In this document: positions 1 through 11,318 of the stretch, in pieces
How positions within the stretch are numbered: position 1 is the stretch's first letter
Layout: the number at the start of each line of letters is the position of its first letter
Source: Neovahlkampfia damariscottae
Lineage: Eukaryota
Length of the DNA stretch: 64,000 nt
Assembly: GCA_016618085.1 (NCBI GenBank)
Contig: JABLTG010000024.1
Span: forward strand, 62,001 to 126,000
Reading direction: 5' to 3'
Notes under the pieces: generated by a model
Database searches by the model: none
Seen by the model: the letters and a program-made list of their open reading frames with translations, nothing else
What the model was told of the DNA's origin: nothing
Translations under genes and position numbers: made by a program

Positions 1-2472
1 TCCGAAGCTTCATCTAAATTTTTTACAAGACATAAGTTACCTGCGAGCATTGTAAGTACTTTGTAAGTCAATTTGTGATCTGATTTCCAACTACTTTCAG
101 GTAATAATGATTTCGCAATCTTTGAGTAATTTACAGCTGAATCAAAAGCATGACTTTGTAATGCAGTGATTGAAGCTCTTAAATTCAATTGAATCAATTG
201 ATTTTTGTCTTTAAAATAATCTCCTGCTGAATTCAAATGATTGACAATATCGAAAATGTATTTTTCAAATTCATTTTTTTTTGTTGCTGCTTCCAAGAAT
301 ATACTTCCAATTTGAAAATGAACTTGTTGTTTATTTGGATATATTTCATAAGAAGCTTGTTGTAAACGATCATGAACAAATTTAAATGAATTTCCAATTT
401 CAAAGATCCATCCTTTTGTTATGACTTCTAATAATCCTTGATATAGTTCTTCTTCTGTCAATTGGAGTAATGTTGAAAGTAAATCTAAATTAAATTCTAC
501 ACCAATACATGATGCAATATTCAATATCTTTTTTGTTTCTTCTGAAAATTCATGAACTTTTTCAATCATAAATTCAACAACATTTTCACTAAATTTAACT
601 TTTGAAATTTCATCTAAATTCCAAACCCATTTTTCATTTTGATAATTAAATTTGATAAGTTTTTTATCATACAAATTGAAAATGAATTCTTTGATGAAGA
701 ATGGATTACCATTGGTTTTTGAGTAAATCAATTTTGAAAGATCTATGACATCACTTGAATCCAATGTATCTTTTAACATTTCTTCAACATCTTCCATTTT
801 CAAATTTTTCAAGTTGATAGTTTCAAATCCTCTTTCTTTAATTAATGGATCTAAAATTGTAACCATTGGATGCGTTGAAGAAACTTCATTATCTCTGTAG
901 GCACCAATCAGTAACATTTTTGAATTTGGTTCTTGAATCAATGATCGAATCAATTGTAAAGAAGGAATATCAGCCCATTGTAAATCATCAACGAATAAAC
1001 ATAATAATTTGTCTCCTGAAATAACATTAAAGAAGTCAATCAATGTAATGATGAATCTCTTTTGCTGTTCTGCTTCACTGGCTAATTCTTCGAGATCTTC
1101 TTGTTCTCCTAAAATATATTCACTTTCTTTGATCAAAGATGTTAAAACTTTTCCATTTTTGTTGAGCGCCTTTAAGATCATATCTTTTTCCTTTTTCAAA
1201 TTTTCTTGTGATTCTGATGACAAAAGTTGAAAATATTTCTTTAAAATTCTTTGAAAAAAAGTTAGTTTATACAAGAAATCTTACTGTATAAAAGCAGAGA
1301 AAGGTGATTGTAAAAATTGATCAAACTTTCCTGTTAAGATCATACTTTCGTTTTTGTTTGAAAGAATTTCATGAATAAGACTCTACAAAAATAAAAATTA
1401 AAAAAAGTGAGAACTTACTGATTTACCAATTCCAGATACTCCAGATATCATAATCATTTCTGTTACTTTGCTATCTTTTATGTTATTTATCTTTTCTTTG
1501 AAAAGTTGTATTTCAGTATCTCTTCCATATAACTTATTCTCAAATGAAAGAATATCATCAACATCATACATTCCAGCTTTAAATTTCTTCAATTCTTCTT
1601 GGTTATTCAAATTTTTTAAAATGAATTCTAATTCTTTCTTTGCTCCTATGATTGAACAATATCTTTCACTTTGACTTTTTTTAATCATTTTTTGTATAAC
1701 TTCTTCAATATAACTTGGAGTATCTTTTCTAAAAGATGACATCAAAGGTGGTTTTTCTGCTATGTGGGAGTAAATAACTTCATTTGGTTGTCCTTTGAAA
1801 GGAATTTCTCCAGTGAAAAGTTGAAATAAAGATATACCAAGTGAGTAAATATCACTTGTTTTATCAATTTGTTTTGATGTTCTTCCACTTTGTTCAGGAC
1901 TCATGTAAAAGTAAGTACCTGTCAAAAAAGTGTTAAAAAAATTTTCGTTTTTTACCTCTTTCATTGTTTGGAATTGATGGATTTTTCAAAGAAACTAAAA
2001 CGCTTGATTCAAAATCAATTATGGAGCAAATATTTTTTTTTTCATCATAAAGCATGTTTTGTGGTTTGATATCGCAATGAAGGATGTTTTCTTCATGTAC
2101 ATAGTGAAGACTTTGACAAATTTGAACAGCAAGTTTTAAAAAGTGTTCAATAGTAAATTGTTTTTCATTTTCTTGATGTTGTTTCAAAGAAATTCCAAAC
2201 GCTGACTTGATCGAGTACAAATTGTTATTTTCATTCATGAATTTGAGTGGATTTGTGAAATAGTTTGGATATTTTGAATGAAGTAAAGCTGTAAGTTGAT
2301 GATCTTTTTGATAAGCTCTGACTGTTTGTTCTGAAGGGTATTTTGAAGGATAGATCTTGAGGATAGCTTGATGTGAATTATATTCACCTAAAAATACAGT
2401 ACTATTGGTAGTCTTGTGAATCAATCCATTTTGTTGGATTTTGAACCCTTGAACTGTTTCTTCCTCACACAT
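1..2472 (-). CDS. Hybrid Ser/Thr kinase + AAA/STAND ATPase signalling protein (bacterial HstK-like / fungal group X histidine kinase-like N-terminal half); 3' end runs off the window
   Basis: Kinase motifs HCDIKPQN, DFE, G(intron)TYFYMSPEQSGR and SDIYSLG. These are followed by LYGRDTE, Walker A GVSGIGKS, LFVDDLQWAD, KTNGNPFFIKE and FKFVHDRLQQASY. Three small GT-AG introns (~1920-1956, ~1384-1418, ~1250-1285). Confidence 0.85.
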
Positions 2473-3238
2473 TTTTGCAGTTGGAAAATTATGATTTTTC
2501 GCCAATCATATTAGAATGTAAATAAAACAAAGTTTCCTAATTTCGATAAAATAATTTCCATTTTTGCGCAAAATGGATTTCCGGAATGAAAGTGCAAAAG
2601 TAGAATACTTTAGTTTATCTTTGCTTGAATCATACTTCTTATAACAGCTGTATTAGAAACTTGTTAAATGTGTTTTTGATAAAACCTGCATATTTTCAAT
2701 TCTTTAATTTTGTGCATAAATCCAATTTAGAAATTGTTAAAATTAGTTCCTTTATATTTTTCTTGTGAACAAATCATCCATTTCTAATTTTCAGTCTCTT
2801 CAACTTTGTCGATCACAGTTCTTTTTGACTTTTAACTGATGACAAGTTCATTGTATGTATCAAAAATTTTGTGATGATTAAGAGGTCTTTTTGCATTTTC
2901 AGTTTTTCTCTTCAAAATAACATCGTTGAGTTTTGGTAAGAGAAAGATTTTTCTTTGATGAAGCGCAGTATTATACATTGATGCTGAAGTGCCTTCACCC
3001 AAATCAACATAACTATAATAACTAACTTTGCATAAACTAGAAGAAAACCAGTTTCTTGAATCATATAAAATGAGGATCCATCACATTGAACTGTATTTTT
3101 AGAAACTGATTCCAATATGGAATTTTTTTTTCTTTTTTTTTCTGGTGCATTTTATAAAAATTTTCCATTTTATTTTTAACCAATCATATTTTTTTTTAAA
3201 ATAATTTGTTATTCACCAACAAGCTCAACAAAATAAAA

Positions 3239-3505
3239 ATGAAAGGAACATACGAAAACGAAACACCACAAAAATATAACAAAACATTCATCAAAGAATC
3301 AAAAGTACCAATTTATCATCAAAATTACACAACTGTTAGATCCAACAGATTAGGAGTTACACAACTTTTTAATTTACCAGGAAAAAGATTAGGAATAAGA
3401 GCAAAAACATTAGGTTTATATAGTTTAACAGCTTTCTTTGCTGTTTATTGGGCATTTAGACCAACAAAAGAAGACTGGGATTATTACTTTGTTCCAAAAG
3501 AATAA
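3239..3505 (+). CDS. Small single-TM protein, possibly a mitochondrial complex III small subunit (QCR10-like)
   Basis: 88-aa ORF with an upstream CCAAT and one C-terminal hydrophobic helix (LGLYSLTAFFAVYWAFRP). The identity is speculative. Confidence 0.55.
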   Translation: MKGTYENETPQKYNKTFIKESKVPIYHQNYTTVRSNRLGVTQLFNLPGKRLGIRAKTLGLYSLTAFFAVYWAFRPTKEDWDYYFVPKE

Positions 3506-3571
3506 ACGTTTAAATAGAATTGAGATATAACTGTTTTTTTTTAAAAAAAATATTTTATTGTTCTGTTTTTT

Positions 3572-4566
3572 TTAACCTAAGACAATAACTTCGTCTTCTT
3601 TTGCAAATCTATAAGGTGGAACTTCAAGATTTTTTGGAGCAGGTCCTTTACGAATTCTACCTGAAATATCATAATGACTACCATGGCATGGACAAAACTA
3701 AAAATAAATTAATTTAAATTTTGAATATTTACGAATGCTTTCCAGTCTCCAGCTTCAGCAAGTGGTACGCAACCTAAATGAGTACAGATAGCAATAAAAA
3801 CAGCCCAATCTGGTGATACTGTACGTTTTTCATCTGTTTCTGGGTCTCTTAAATCATCAATTGGTGTTTTTCTAACTTCTTCAATTTCAGCAACAGTTCT
3901 ATGTCTAATAAAAACAGGTTTTCCTCTCCATGTAACTGTAACTGTTTTACCTCTTGGAACTGCAGAAACATCAACTTCAATTGAGGCTAAAGCTTTTAAA
4001 TCTTTTGCAACTGTCCAACTATTCATTTTTTTAATTTTTTTTTTTTTTTTTTTTTACGTATAGAGAAAATTTAATACAACAACTCTGATACCAGCAGCTA
4101 CAAGAAATTTTGATGAAGAAATGACAAAATATGAAAATTGTCTTTTGTCATAATTTCCAGATTCACCTTGCTCTTTTAAATATCCAGAAACTTCATCAGC
4201 ACTTTGATAAACACCTCCTGTTGGTGCAGCATCAACTAATTTTTGAATATCTTCTGGTAATTTTGTTGGTGATGAAGAAGTTGAATATCTTTTCACTTAA
4301 GTTTTTTTGTTAATTAATTTTTTCTTACCTAAGGAAGTTGTAATTGATTTTTTTGAAAAATTTTTAGCACCAAGTAAAGAAGGAATGTTTTGTATTTTGT
4401 TTTGTTTTACTGATGAAAATTGACTTTGTTGTAATGAACCACCACTAACTGAAGATTTCAGAACTGAAAATTGTTTTGTATTTGATAATTTGTCAAACGC
4501 AGTTTTTTTGTAAAAAGTTTCAACTGGTTTATTCAATGATGTTGTAAGTCTAAATGATTTATACAT
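3572..4566 (-). CDS. RIP1: Cytochrome bc1 Rieske iron-sulfur protein, mitochondrial precursor
   Basis: [49 protein letters not shown]; Ser/Lys-rich presequence; three tiny introns. Confidence 0.97.
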
Positions 4567-4654
4567 GACCGATGAAGTGAACAAAAAAAAATTTAGTACT
4601 TTCTGGTTGGTTAATTAAATGACCAATCAAATTCATATTTAAAAAAAAAATAAT

Positions 4655-5278
4655 TTATTTTTTCTTGTCCATCCAAGCAACATCACATTCTTTCTTTTTT
4701 ATTTCTTTTTCAGGTTTTTCAACTTTCAACAAAATCCCTTTTAAAAATTTAAAAAAAAAAATAAAAATTGAAACTTACAAGGTTGTGTAAAAGCCATAGT
4801 ACCAAAATCACCATGAGGTTCTTTATCAGCACAAAATATTTCTAAACTACCTTTCTTTTTTTGATAAATTCTTTTTGGTTTAATTGAATAACCACCTGTT
4901 GGTTTTTGACCTGAAGCAATGTATAATAAAAAATTTGAAGTGAAATCGAATTTTGAAGGAATTTGATCATTTTTTAAACCTACTTTTACACAATCTTCAT
5001 GTCTAAAAAAAAAAGTCAACTTTAACAAAGACTTACGACTCCAAAACTACTGCTTTTGAAAAATCTTTTGGATGGGTTCCATAAGAACCTTCTTTTTCAA
5101 CAACAAAATGAAGACGAAGTCTATCATCTTCTTTTTCTTTTTTTTCTTTTTTTTTCTTTTCTTCATCTGTTTTTTTTTCTTTTTTTTCTTTTTTTGGTTT
5201 TTGTTCTTCATCACTTTCTATTTTTAATTTTTCAGTTTTTTTTTCAATCTCCTTCATTGAACCATCTTTGTCTGACAT
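4655..5278 (-). CDS. Lys/Glu-rich protein with a PrcB C-terminal-like domain
   Basis: Motif GQKPTGGYSIK...GDFGTMAFTQPW matches the bacterial PrcB_C pattern; two introns (~5004-5036, ~4739-4778). Confidence 0.7.
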
Positions 5279-5322
5279 GTTCAGTTTGTTATTTTGATTG
5301 GATAAAAAATAAAGTGTTCGTT

Positions 5323-6385
5323 TTATTTATAAATTTTATTTTCTTTTAAAAAATCAATGAGACCACATATAGATGTTATTTCGTTCAATTCAATAAATAA
5401 ATCTTTTGATATTATTGAATCAAGCATGAAAGAACAATGATGATGAATTACTCCATAAGAGGTTCCATATTTAATTGAGTAATCGATAAATTTTTGAATA
5501 CATTCATTTGTAACTTGATTAATTCCAGAAAATAGCATTGGATTTTTTAAAATACCTTGTGCAGACATACAACCATCACAATTTGTTAATTCATGAAATT
5601 TTTGTGCATCTTTTAAACTATAAACATCACCATTATGTACTACAGGTATTTTTACATTCTCTTTGATCTGAATTTTAATTTTAATTTTTTTTTTTCACTT
5701 ACTAATTTTATAGCTTCATAATTGACAGGATTTGAACGTTCTTTTATAGTTCTACCATGAACATCTATCCATTTAGCACCTGATTTTTCTATTATTTTTG
5801 CTAAATCAATTGTCTTTTTTATGTCATCAAAAATTCTAATTTTTACAGAAACAGGAAAATTATCTGAAGTCAAATTTCGAGTTGTTTTTACAATATCGTA
5901 AATTAAATTTGGTTTTTCAATCATTATAGCTCCTATTTCTTCTTTGATTGCCCATTTTTGAGGACAACCACAATTCAAATTTACAGCAGAAGAATATTTT
6001 TCAACTTTCTGAGCAGCTAAAGAAAAGTCTTTAAAAAAATTAAAAGAAAACTCATAAAAAGTTACCTAAAGCATTATTTGCCGCGAATTGAACAACAAGA
6101 GGTGTATCAAATTCACAAGTTGTAAATTCTTCATATCTCGCTTTTTTTGAATTATTAAAACTATCTGATAATATCATAGGTGTATAACAAATATCAGTTC
6201 CATATTCTCGACACAATAATCGAAACGGTAGTCTTTTAAAAGTTTTTTTAATTTTTTTTTCTTTTTCACTTTGAATATCTCACCATTGGTGCTTGGATTT
6301 TTAAAAAATCTTTTTTTTCTTCAAACAGTTTCATAATATCAACATTTGATTGTTTTAGATTTTCTTCATTTTTTTTCTCTTCCAT
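5323..6385 (-). CDS. DUS4: tRNA-dihydrouridine(20a/20b) synthase DUS4-like
   Basis: APMVRYSK, YTPMI, PLVVQFAANN, NLNCGCPQKWA, VSVKIRI, VHGRT, HNGDV; several tiny introns. Confidence 0.92.
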
Positions 6386-6443
6386 TTGGTTGTCCAATCA
6401 TTTATCAAAACTGATGAAGTTTCTAAAAATTTTGATTGGACAA

Positions 6444-7277
6444 ATGATGAAGATTATTGTCTGTTTGCTCTGTATCACTGTGATAGTTTTGACGGAAAAA
6501 ATAGTCACAAATGAACTCAAATCAACAGCAACAGAAACCATTGAGTTTTGGACGCCTGAAAAAATGACAAAGGCAAAATTCATTGATATCATTTCTGTTC
6601 AAAATTCAACAACAGAATCAAAAATAGACAGAAATACTGCAAATACAAGAGAATGTGAAACCCCTGATAAGTTTCCTTTTTCAACAGTTGGTAGATTATT
6701 CTTTCAAAATGAAAGAGGAGACACATTTGCTTGTACTGCTTCCGCTGTCAAAGATGATCAATTATTAACAGCAGGTCATTGTGTAAGTACAGGTTCTGGT
6801 CGGTGGTATAAAAATATTTTATTCTGTCCACAGTACAAAGACGGAGATTGTCCAAAAGGAAAATGGACCGGAAAAAAACAAAGATCATTTGATGATTGGC
6901 ACAGAAGAAGAAGTCTTGGAAGAGATGTTGCTTTTATCATTACAAATGAAGGTGGTTTAAAAGATAAAGTTGGTAATATTGGAGTGACGTGGAGTAAAAC
7001 AAGAAATAATAGAGTTGAATCAATGGGATACCCTGCAAATATTGGAGGTGGGAAAAGAATGATTCAGACAACTGCTGTTCAAGGACCTTCAAGAAACTGT
7101 CGACCATATTGTATAAGAATTAGCACAAGAATGACACAGGGTTCTTCAGGTGGTCCTTGGATTTTGAAATCTGATGCAGCAAATGGAGTGAATTCATTTA
7201 TTGTCCCAACTGTTCCAAATGTTATGTTTTCACCTTATTTTGACAAAAGTGTTGGTGTGTTATTTAATCATGAATAA
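6444..7277 (+). CDS. Secreted trypsin-like (V8/actinobacterial-type) serine protease
   Basis: Signal peptide MMKIIVCLLCITVIVL; TVGRLFF, CTASAV, TAGHCV, DVAF, MTQGSSGGPW (His-Asp-Ser triad); intronless. Confidence 0.88.
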   Translation: MMKIIVCLLCITVIVLTEKIVTNELKSTATETIEFWTPEKMTKAKFIDIISVQNSTTESKIDRNTANTRECETPDKFPFSTVGRLFFQNERGDTFACTASAVKDDQLLTAGHCVSTGSGRWYKNILFCPQYKDGDCPKGKWTGKKQRSFDDWHRRRSLGRDVAFIITNEGGLKDKVGNIGVTWSKTRNNRVESMGYPANIGGGKRMIQTTAVQGPSRNCRPYCIRISTRMTQGSSGGPWILKSDAANGVNSFIVPTVPNVMFSPYFDKSVGVLFNHE

Positions 7278-7346
7278 ACATTTGTTGATCATATTCAATC
7301 AAAGAAAATTGACCAAATCCGTAAGTTTCTTCTAACAGATATCTAA

Positions 7347-7428
7347 TCGGGTGTGGTATAGTGGTAGAATTCAAGACTGTCAAAATAACAGTACTCTTGC
7401 GACCCGGGTTCAATTCCCGGCACTCGAG
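7347..7428 (+). tRNA. tRNA-Asp(GTC) with 11-nt intron (7383-7393), copy 1
   Basis: Acceptor stem TCGGGTG/CACTCGA+G; A box; anticodon arm CAAGA-CTGTCA|intron|C-TCTTG; T arm CCGGG-TTCAATT-CCCGG; downstream poly-T terminator. Confidence 0.93.
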
Positions 7429-7976
7429 ACCGAATTTTTTTTTTCTTGTATTGAAACCATTTGCATTAGTCACTATACTTCTGAATTCCCCAGTTCATAT
7501 TCAGAATTGGAGACTACAATGATATTGATGGAATTGAAAAATTCATTCACAATCTCTAGTGATACGGGTGAGACATTTTCAAGTTATCTTGAAGGAATGG
7601 GATCCAAAATTAAAACACCAGAAAATCCAAATGGGACAATTGAAACATATGTAATGCGTGTATCATTTTTCATTCATTGGAAATAATAATGATGAAAATT
7701 ATTATGATCCTTGGAAGAAACTGTTGACGATTTTGACACAGAGAATTATACCAATTCTTTAGAATTCTTTCTGTGAATATCGGGAAAATGATGCCACTTG
7801 GATGTGAAAGATTTCAAGAATATTTCTCAAATGATAACTTATTGGAACTGAAATCATTGAAGACTTTCTATTGTGACAAAGATATATTTGGAAAAAACTT
7901 CAATTCAACTGCTGAAAATTCATTTTAGGAGAAAGATTTAATGAAATTGAAAATTACACTCACTTTTATGATGTAA

Positions 7977-8018
7977 TTAGACAAACTTCAAATTGGTCGT
8001 CTCTTGTGAATAAACATG
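7977..8018 (+). repeat. Left terminal inverted repeat
   Basis: TTAGACAAACTTCAAATTGGTCGTCTCTTGTGAATAAACATG versus the reverse complement of the right end, TTAGACTAACTTCTAATTGGTCGCTTCTTATGAATAAACATG. Confidence 0.85.
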
Positions 8019-8294
8019 GATTGAACAGTTGAAATGTTATGGTTATAATGGAAGACTTGCACTTTATCATGAAGAAGGATGTTATTTAATATCAATAGTG
8101 TTTTATCATAATACATGGTGTTTAATCATGTTAAGTGGCGTTTTATCATAAAATATGGCGTTTCAAAATGAAAAATTGTACTATTCAATACAAGTCATGT
8201 TAATCATAAAACACCTTCAAATATCTTAAACACCACGATTTATGATAAAATAAGACACTTCATAAAAATAAAAAAATAATCTATAAAAAAGAGT

Positions 8295-9463
8295 TTATTT
8301 TTGAGTTCTTCTCTTCTTTTGATTGTACTTATCATTTCTTTCCTTTTGTTTTCTCTTTTTTGAGATACCTTCTTGGGCGTAACTATCAAGAACACCCTTG
8401 TAGTAAATTCCATCTTCGTTTCTCAATGGATACTTGATGATGTGATAATTCGTAAGAGCGGAGCAAATTTGAAAGATGATGGAATACATATTTTCATCCC
8501 ATTTGAACTTTACTTCCATAATCTTAAAAAGTTTCTTCATTCTTCCATAGAAATTCTCACAAATGATACGGTTCTTTGCAATCTTTTTGTTCCTTGTTTG
8601 ATCTTCTCTTGAAAGTGTCTTTCCTTTGTTTGGAAGAATAGCTCTAATTAATTCTACTGCTCCTTGATATCCTTTGTCCGCCATTAAAGCCCAGTGTTTT
8701 GGATACTTAGTCTTCAATTCACCATTGTCCACCACGTTATTGTCTAACCCTTTCCCAAGAAGTCCTAGTATGTGTCCACACTGTCCTTGAAAATAGTAAA
8801 ATCATGAACAGAACCACCATACAAATTGCTAACAAATACTGCTAAGCCATTTGGTAAGTGAGCTACTTCGGTTTTGAATCCATAAGCATGATGTTTACCA
8901 GAGAAATAATATTGTGCTTCTTTAAAGAGCATTTTTGGTCTGGTTCTTGTTTGAAACGTGACATCCACTACTAATCCAACTTCTGGGTAATCGTCAAATT
9001 GAATGTCTTTCTTTACTTGCTCATTCTTAAACATGAGAAGAAGTAAAGCTTCTGTTAATGGTTCTTTGATTTTTTCTAACGTTTTGTGGATGGAATTGGT
9101 GATAACATTCTTTTTCACTCCATAAGTAACACTGAACTTATCCCATGATTCATAATGCTTCAACATCACCAACGTAAAAAAGAAAGAATCTAAAGGTCCT
9201 ATTTCTGGCTTCTTTCCTCTTCCTTGTACTTTAAGATTTTTTTCTACCAAGGAGTAAAGTTCTAAAAATTCACTGATGAAAAAACCTGTCATTGTTTTCA
9301 CTGCTTCTGTTCCTTCTTCTGCAAATTTGGAATAGTGTTTACTTTCTTCTTCGTCCAGTTCAGATTGTGAGGAATGTTCTTCTACTATTTGTTTAATCTT
9401 TTCTTCTTTTTCTTCATCTAACGTTTTATAGTTCTCAAGTATGGTCTTGCTGTTTCCTGACAT
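8295..9463 (-). pseudogene. DDE_Tnp_4-family transposase, broken by a TAG (8765-8767) and a frameshift before 8735
   Basis: VVDVTFQ (D), YFSGKHHAYGFK, GSVHDFTIF, ADKGYQG (D), NKKIAKNRIICENFYGRMK (E). The two ORFs are in different frames. Confidence 0.88.
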
Positions 9464-9554
9464 GTCTAGTATTGCCGCATTTTGGAAGATTTTTATAGGC
9501 CAGTTTTTTGTACATGCACTAAGTTCATGTCAAAATTAAATCATAAAAATTTAT

Positions 9555-10049
9555 TCAGTTATCTTCCCATGAGTATATCATAAAGAATGGATCATTGATT
9601 TTTGTGTGATACTTGAAATTAAGATAAGCATCTCTATATGAAACTTTTCCTTTAATTTCATCAAGTTCTTTCAAATGTCTTGCAACATCGTTTTTTTGAG
9701 CATTTTTTCTTTCGAAACAAAATTTAAAAAATAAACAAGAAGCTTCTTTTATAGGAAACTCAAAGCACTCAAAGTCTTCTTCAAATTTGATTTTTCGTGT
9801 TCTTCTTGGATTTTTTTTTGTTCTCTTCTCTTTATTAGAGTTTCTTTTTTCAAATGATTTTTGTTTTTCTTCTGATGTTTGTGTTTTTTGGGAAATTGGA
9901 TGGCAAAATACGTTGGCACTTTTGAGTTTTTGTATTTCTTCTGATGGGTCCAACTGATTGAAATCTTTATCATTGTAGTAGTAACTGTAGTTATATAATT
10001 TAGAATTGAATCCAACTATTGTTGTGTTTTGCAGATTGTAGTAAGTCAA
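9555..10049 (-). CDS. Transposon-internal basic hypothetical ORF; start uncertain, possibly degenerate
   Basis: 164-codon ORF inside the TIRs, co-oriented with the transposase, with a Lys/Arg-rich NLS-like stretch. No in-frame ATG at its 5' end. Confidence 0.4.
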   Translation of the reverse strand: MTYYNLQNTTIVGFNSKLYNYSYYYNDKDFNQLDPSEEIQKLKSANVFCHPISQKTQTSEEKQKSFEKRNSNKEKRTKKNPRRTRKIKFEEDFECFEFPIKEASCLFFKFCFERKNAQKNDVARHLKELDEIKGKVSYRDAYLNFKYHTKINDPFFMIYSWEDN

Positions 10050-10244
10050 TCATTTACCAAACAAGTCTCACATAGCACAAAAAGTCTTCAGTGGTTTATT
10101 AAATTCTTGGTAATCGATCACGTTTTAAGTACAAACAAGAGCCAATTTAAGAGAAAATTATTTTATTATTATTTATATACGCGAATGAATCATATGAGTT
10201 ATCACTGGATGGCAACTGTAAACAAAAACAATTGACCAATAAAA

Positions 10245-10796
10245 ATGGATCAATTTCAACGTTCAACACAAATTGAAGTGAAACTTACCTCTTTTGTTCA
10301 CTGGATTAATCAATCCGTTGACACAATCATTTTCGGTGAAACAAGTGCAGAGTTTCTTGATAAAAAGTGGAGTTATATCTCCAAATTTGATTCAGAACCA
10401 AGTAGAATTTTTCTATTTGGATATCATGAAAATGAATACCTCAGAGTCACGATAACATTTCAAGAACACTTTCCTTCAAATAAAGTTGCTGGTGAAATTA
10501 GATTTCGGAATTTTAATCGATCGTATGATTTATTAGCAACATCCCTCTTCAACTTGAAGAGTGTCATTGTGGTTGATACTGTGACTTTGTGGGCAATGAA
10601 AGTCTTATTTGTTGGTTATGTACTTATTGTTCATAAGACAGACTTATTGGTTGGTGATACACTTATTGCCAATAGGTATACTCATTGCCCAATGAGTATT
10701 ATATTTGAAAAGGAACCTTGTTCGGTTGAAACACCACTCTTCAACTTGAAAATAACCTTCATTCTAATAAAGACACTAATTGTCCCGCAGTCTTAA
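10245..10796 (+). CDS. Transposon-internal hypothetical ORF
   Basis: 183-aa ATG ORF preceded by CCAAT (10237), inside the TIRs. Internal near-repeats (CTCTTCAACTTGAA twice; CTTATT.GTTGGT twice). Confidence 0.45.
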   Translation: MDQFQRSTQIEVKLTSFVHWINQSVDTIIFGETSAEFLDKKWSYISKFDSEPSRIFLFGYHENEYLRVTITFQEHFPSNKVAGEIRFRNFNRSYDLLATSLFNLKSVIVVDTVTLWAMKVLFVGYVLIVHKTDLLVGDTLIANRYTHCPMSIIFEKEPCSVETPLFNLKITFILIKTLIVPQS

Positions 10797-11065
10797 AGAT
10801 ACCAATTGCCCAAGAGTTTTATAAGCATTCGCTTTCATATAAATTACAACAAAATTAAATTGATAAGTCGTGTTTTGTGAATAATATCATATTTTATTGT
10901 AAAATATTATAATTTATGATGAAACACCACTTATTATGATGAAACATAGCACTTTATGAATAAACAAAACTTATCATGAATAACACCACTAATTATAAAT
11001 AACATTCTACTTCATCATAAAACATAATATTTGAGAAATAACCATGGTATTCCAACCCGACAACT

Positions 11066-11107
11066 CATGTTTATTCATAAGAAGCGACCAATTAGAAGTT
11101 AGTCTAA
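11066..11107 (-). repeat. Right terminal inverted repeat
   Basis: Reverse complement of 7977-8018 with 5 mismatches. Confidence 0.85.
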
Positions 11108-11318
11108 GTGAAAGATATTGAATTTGATTGTGAAAATAATGTGAAGGATTATCAAGACAATCTTGAAATTGTTGGAAATGAAAATGAAGGCAATGAAAAA
11201 AAATCGAAAAAGAAAAAATAAATGTTCCACCAATCATTTTTATTCCGAGTTAGAAGAAAATTAAAGGTTTTATTGGACAAAAGATTCCAAAGTTTGTGAT
11301 TGGAGTTCAAAAAAAAAA

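Larger units (their letters stand above)
7977..11107 (-). mobile_element. TIR DNA transposon, DDE_Tnp_4 (PIF/Harbinger-ISL2EU-like), defective
   Basis: Imperfect terminal inverted repeats at 7977-8018 and 11066-11107 (37/42 match, weaker similarity extending inward), subterminal TTTATCATA-type repeats, and an internal transposase. Confidence 0.85.

Noticed and set aside
2560..3150. Minus-strand ORF fragments
   Set aside because: Multiple stops and no recognisable motif; cannot support a gene call.
5056..5349. Phe/Leu-rich antisense ORFs (also 20647, 36150, 36894, 40626, 56962)
   Set aside because: Shadow frames opposite real Lys/Glu-rich genes.
7351..7686. ORFs beginning MWYSGRIQDCQ (also 21986-22192 and 34980-35192)
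   Set aside because: Spurious translations through the tRNA-Asp genes.
8060..8260. Short repeated TTTATCATA units as a CRISPR-like array
   Set aside because: Degenerate, irregular and mirrored at the other end of the transposon; these are subterminal repeats.
8735..8767. Stop-codon readthrough or programmed recoding in the transposase
   Set aside because: Both a stop and a frame change are needed, and no clean GT-AG intron fixes it; simple decay is more parsimonious.
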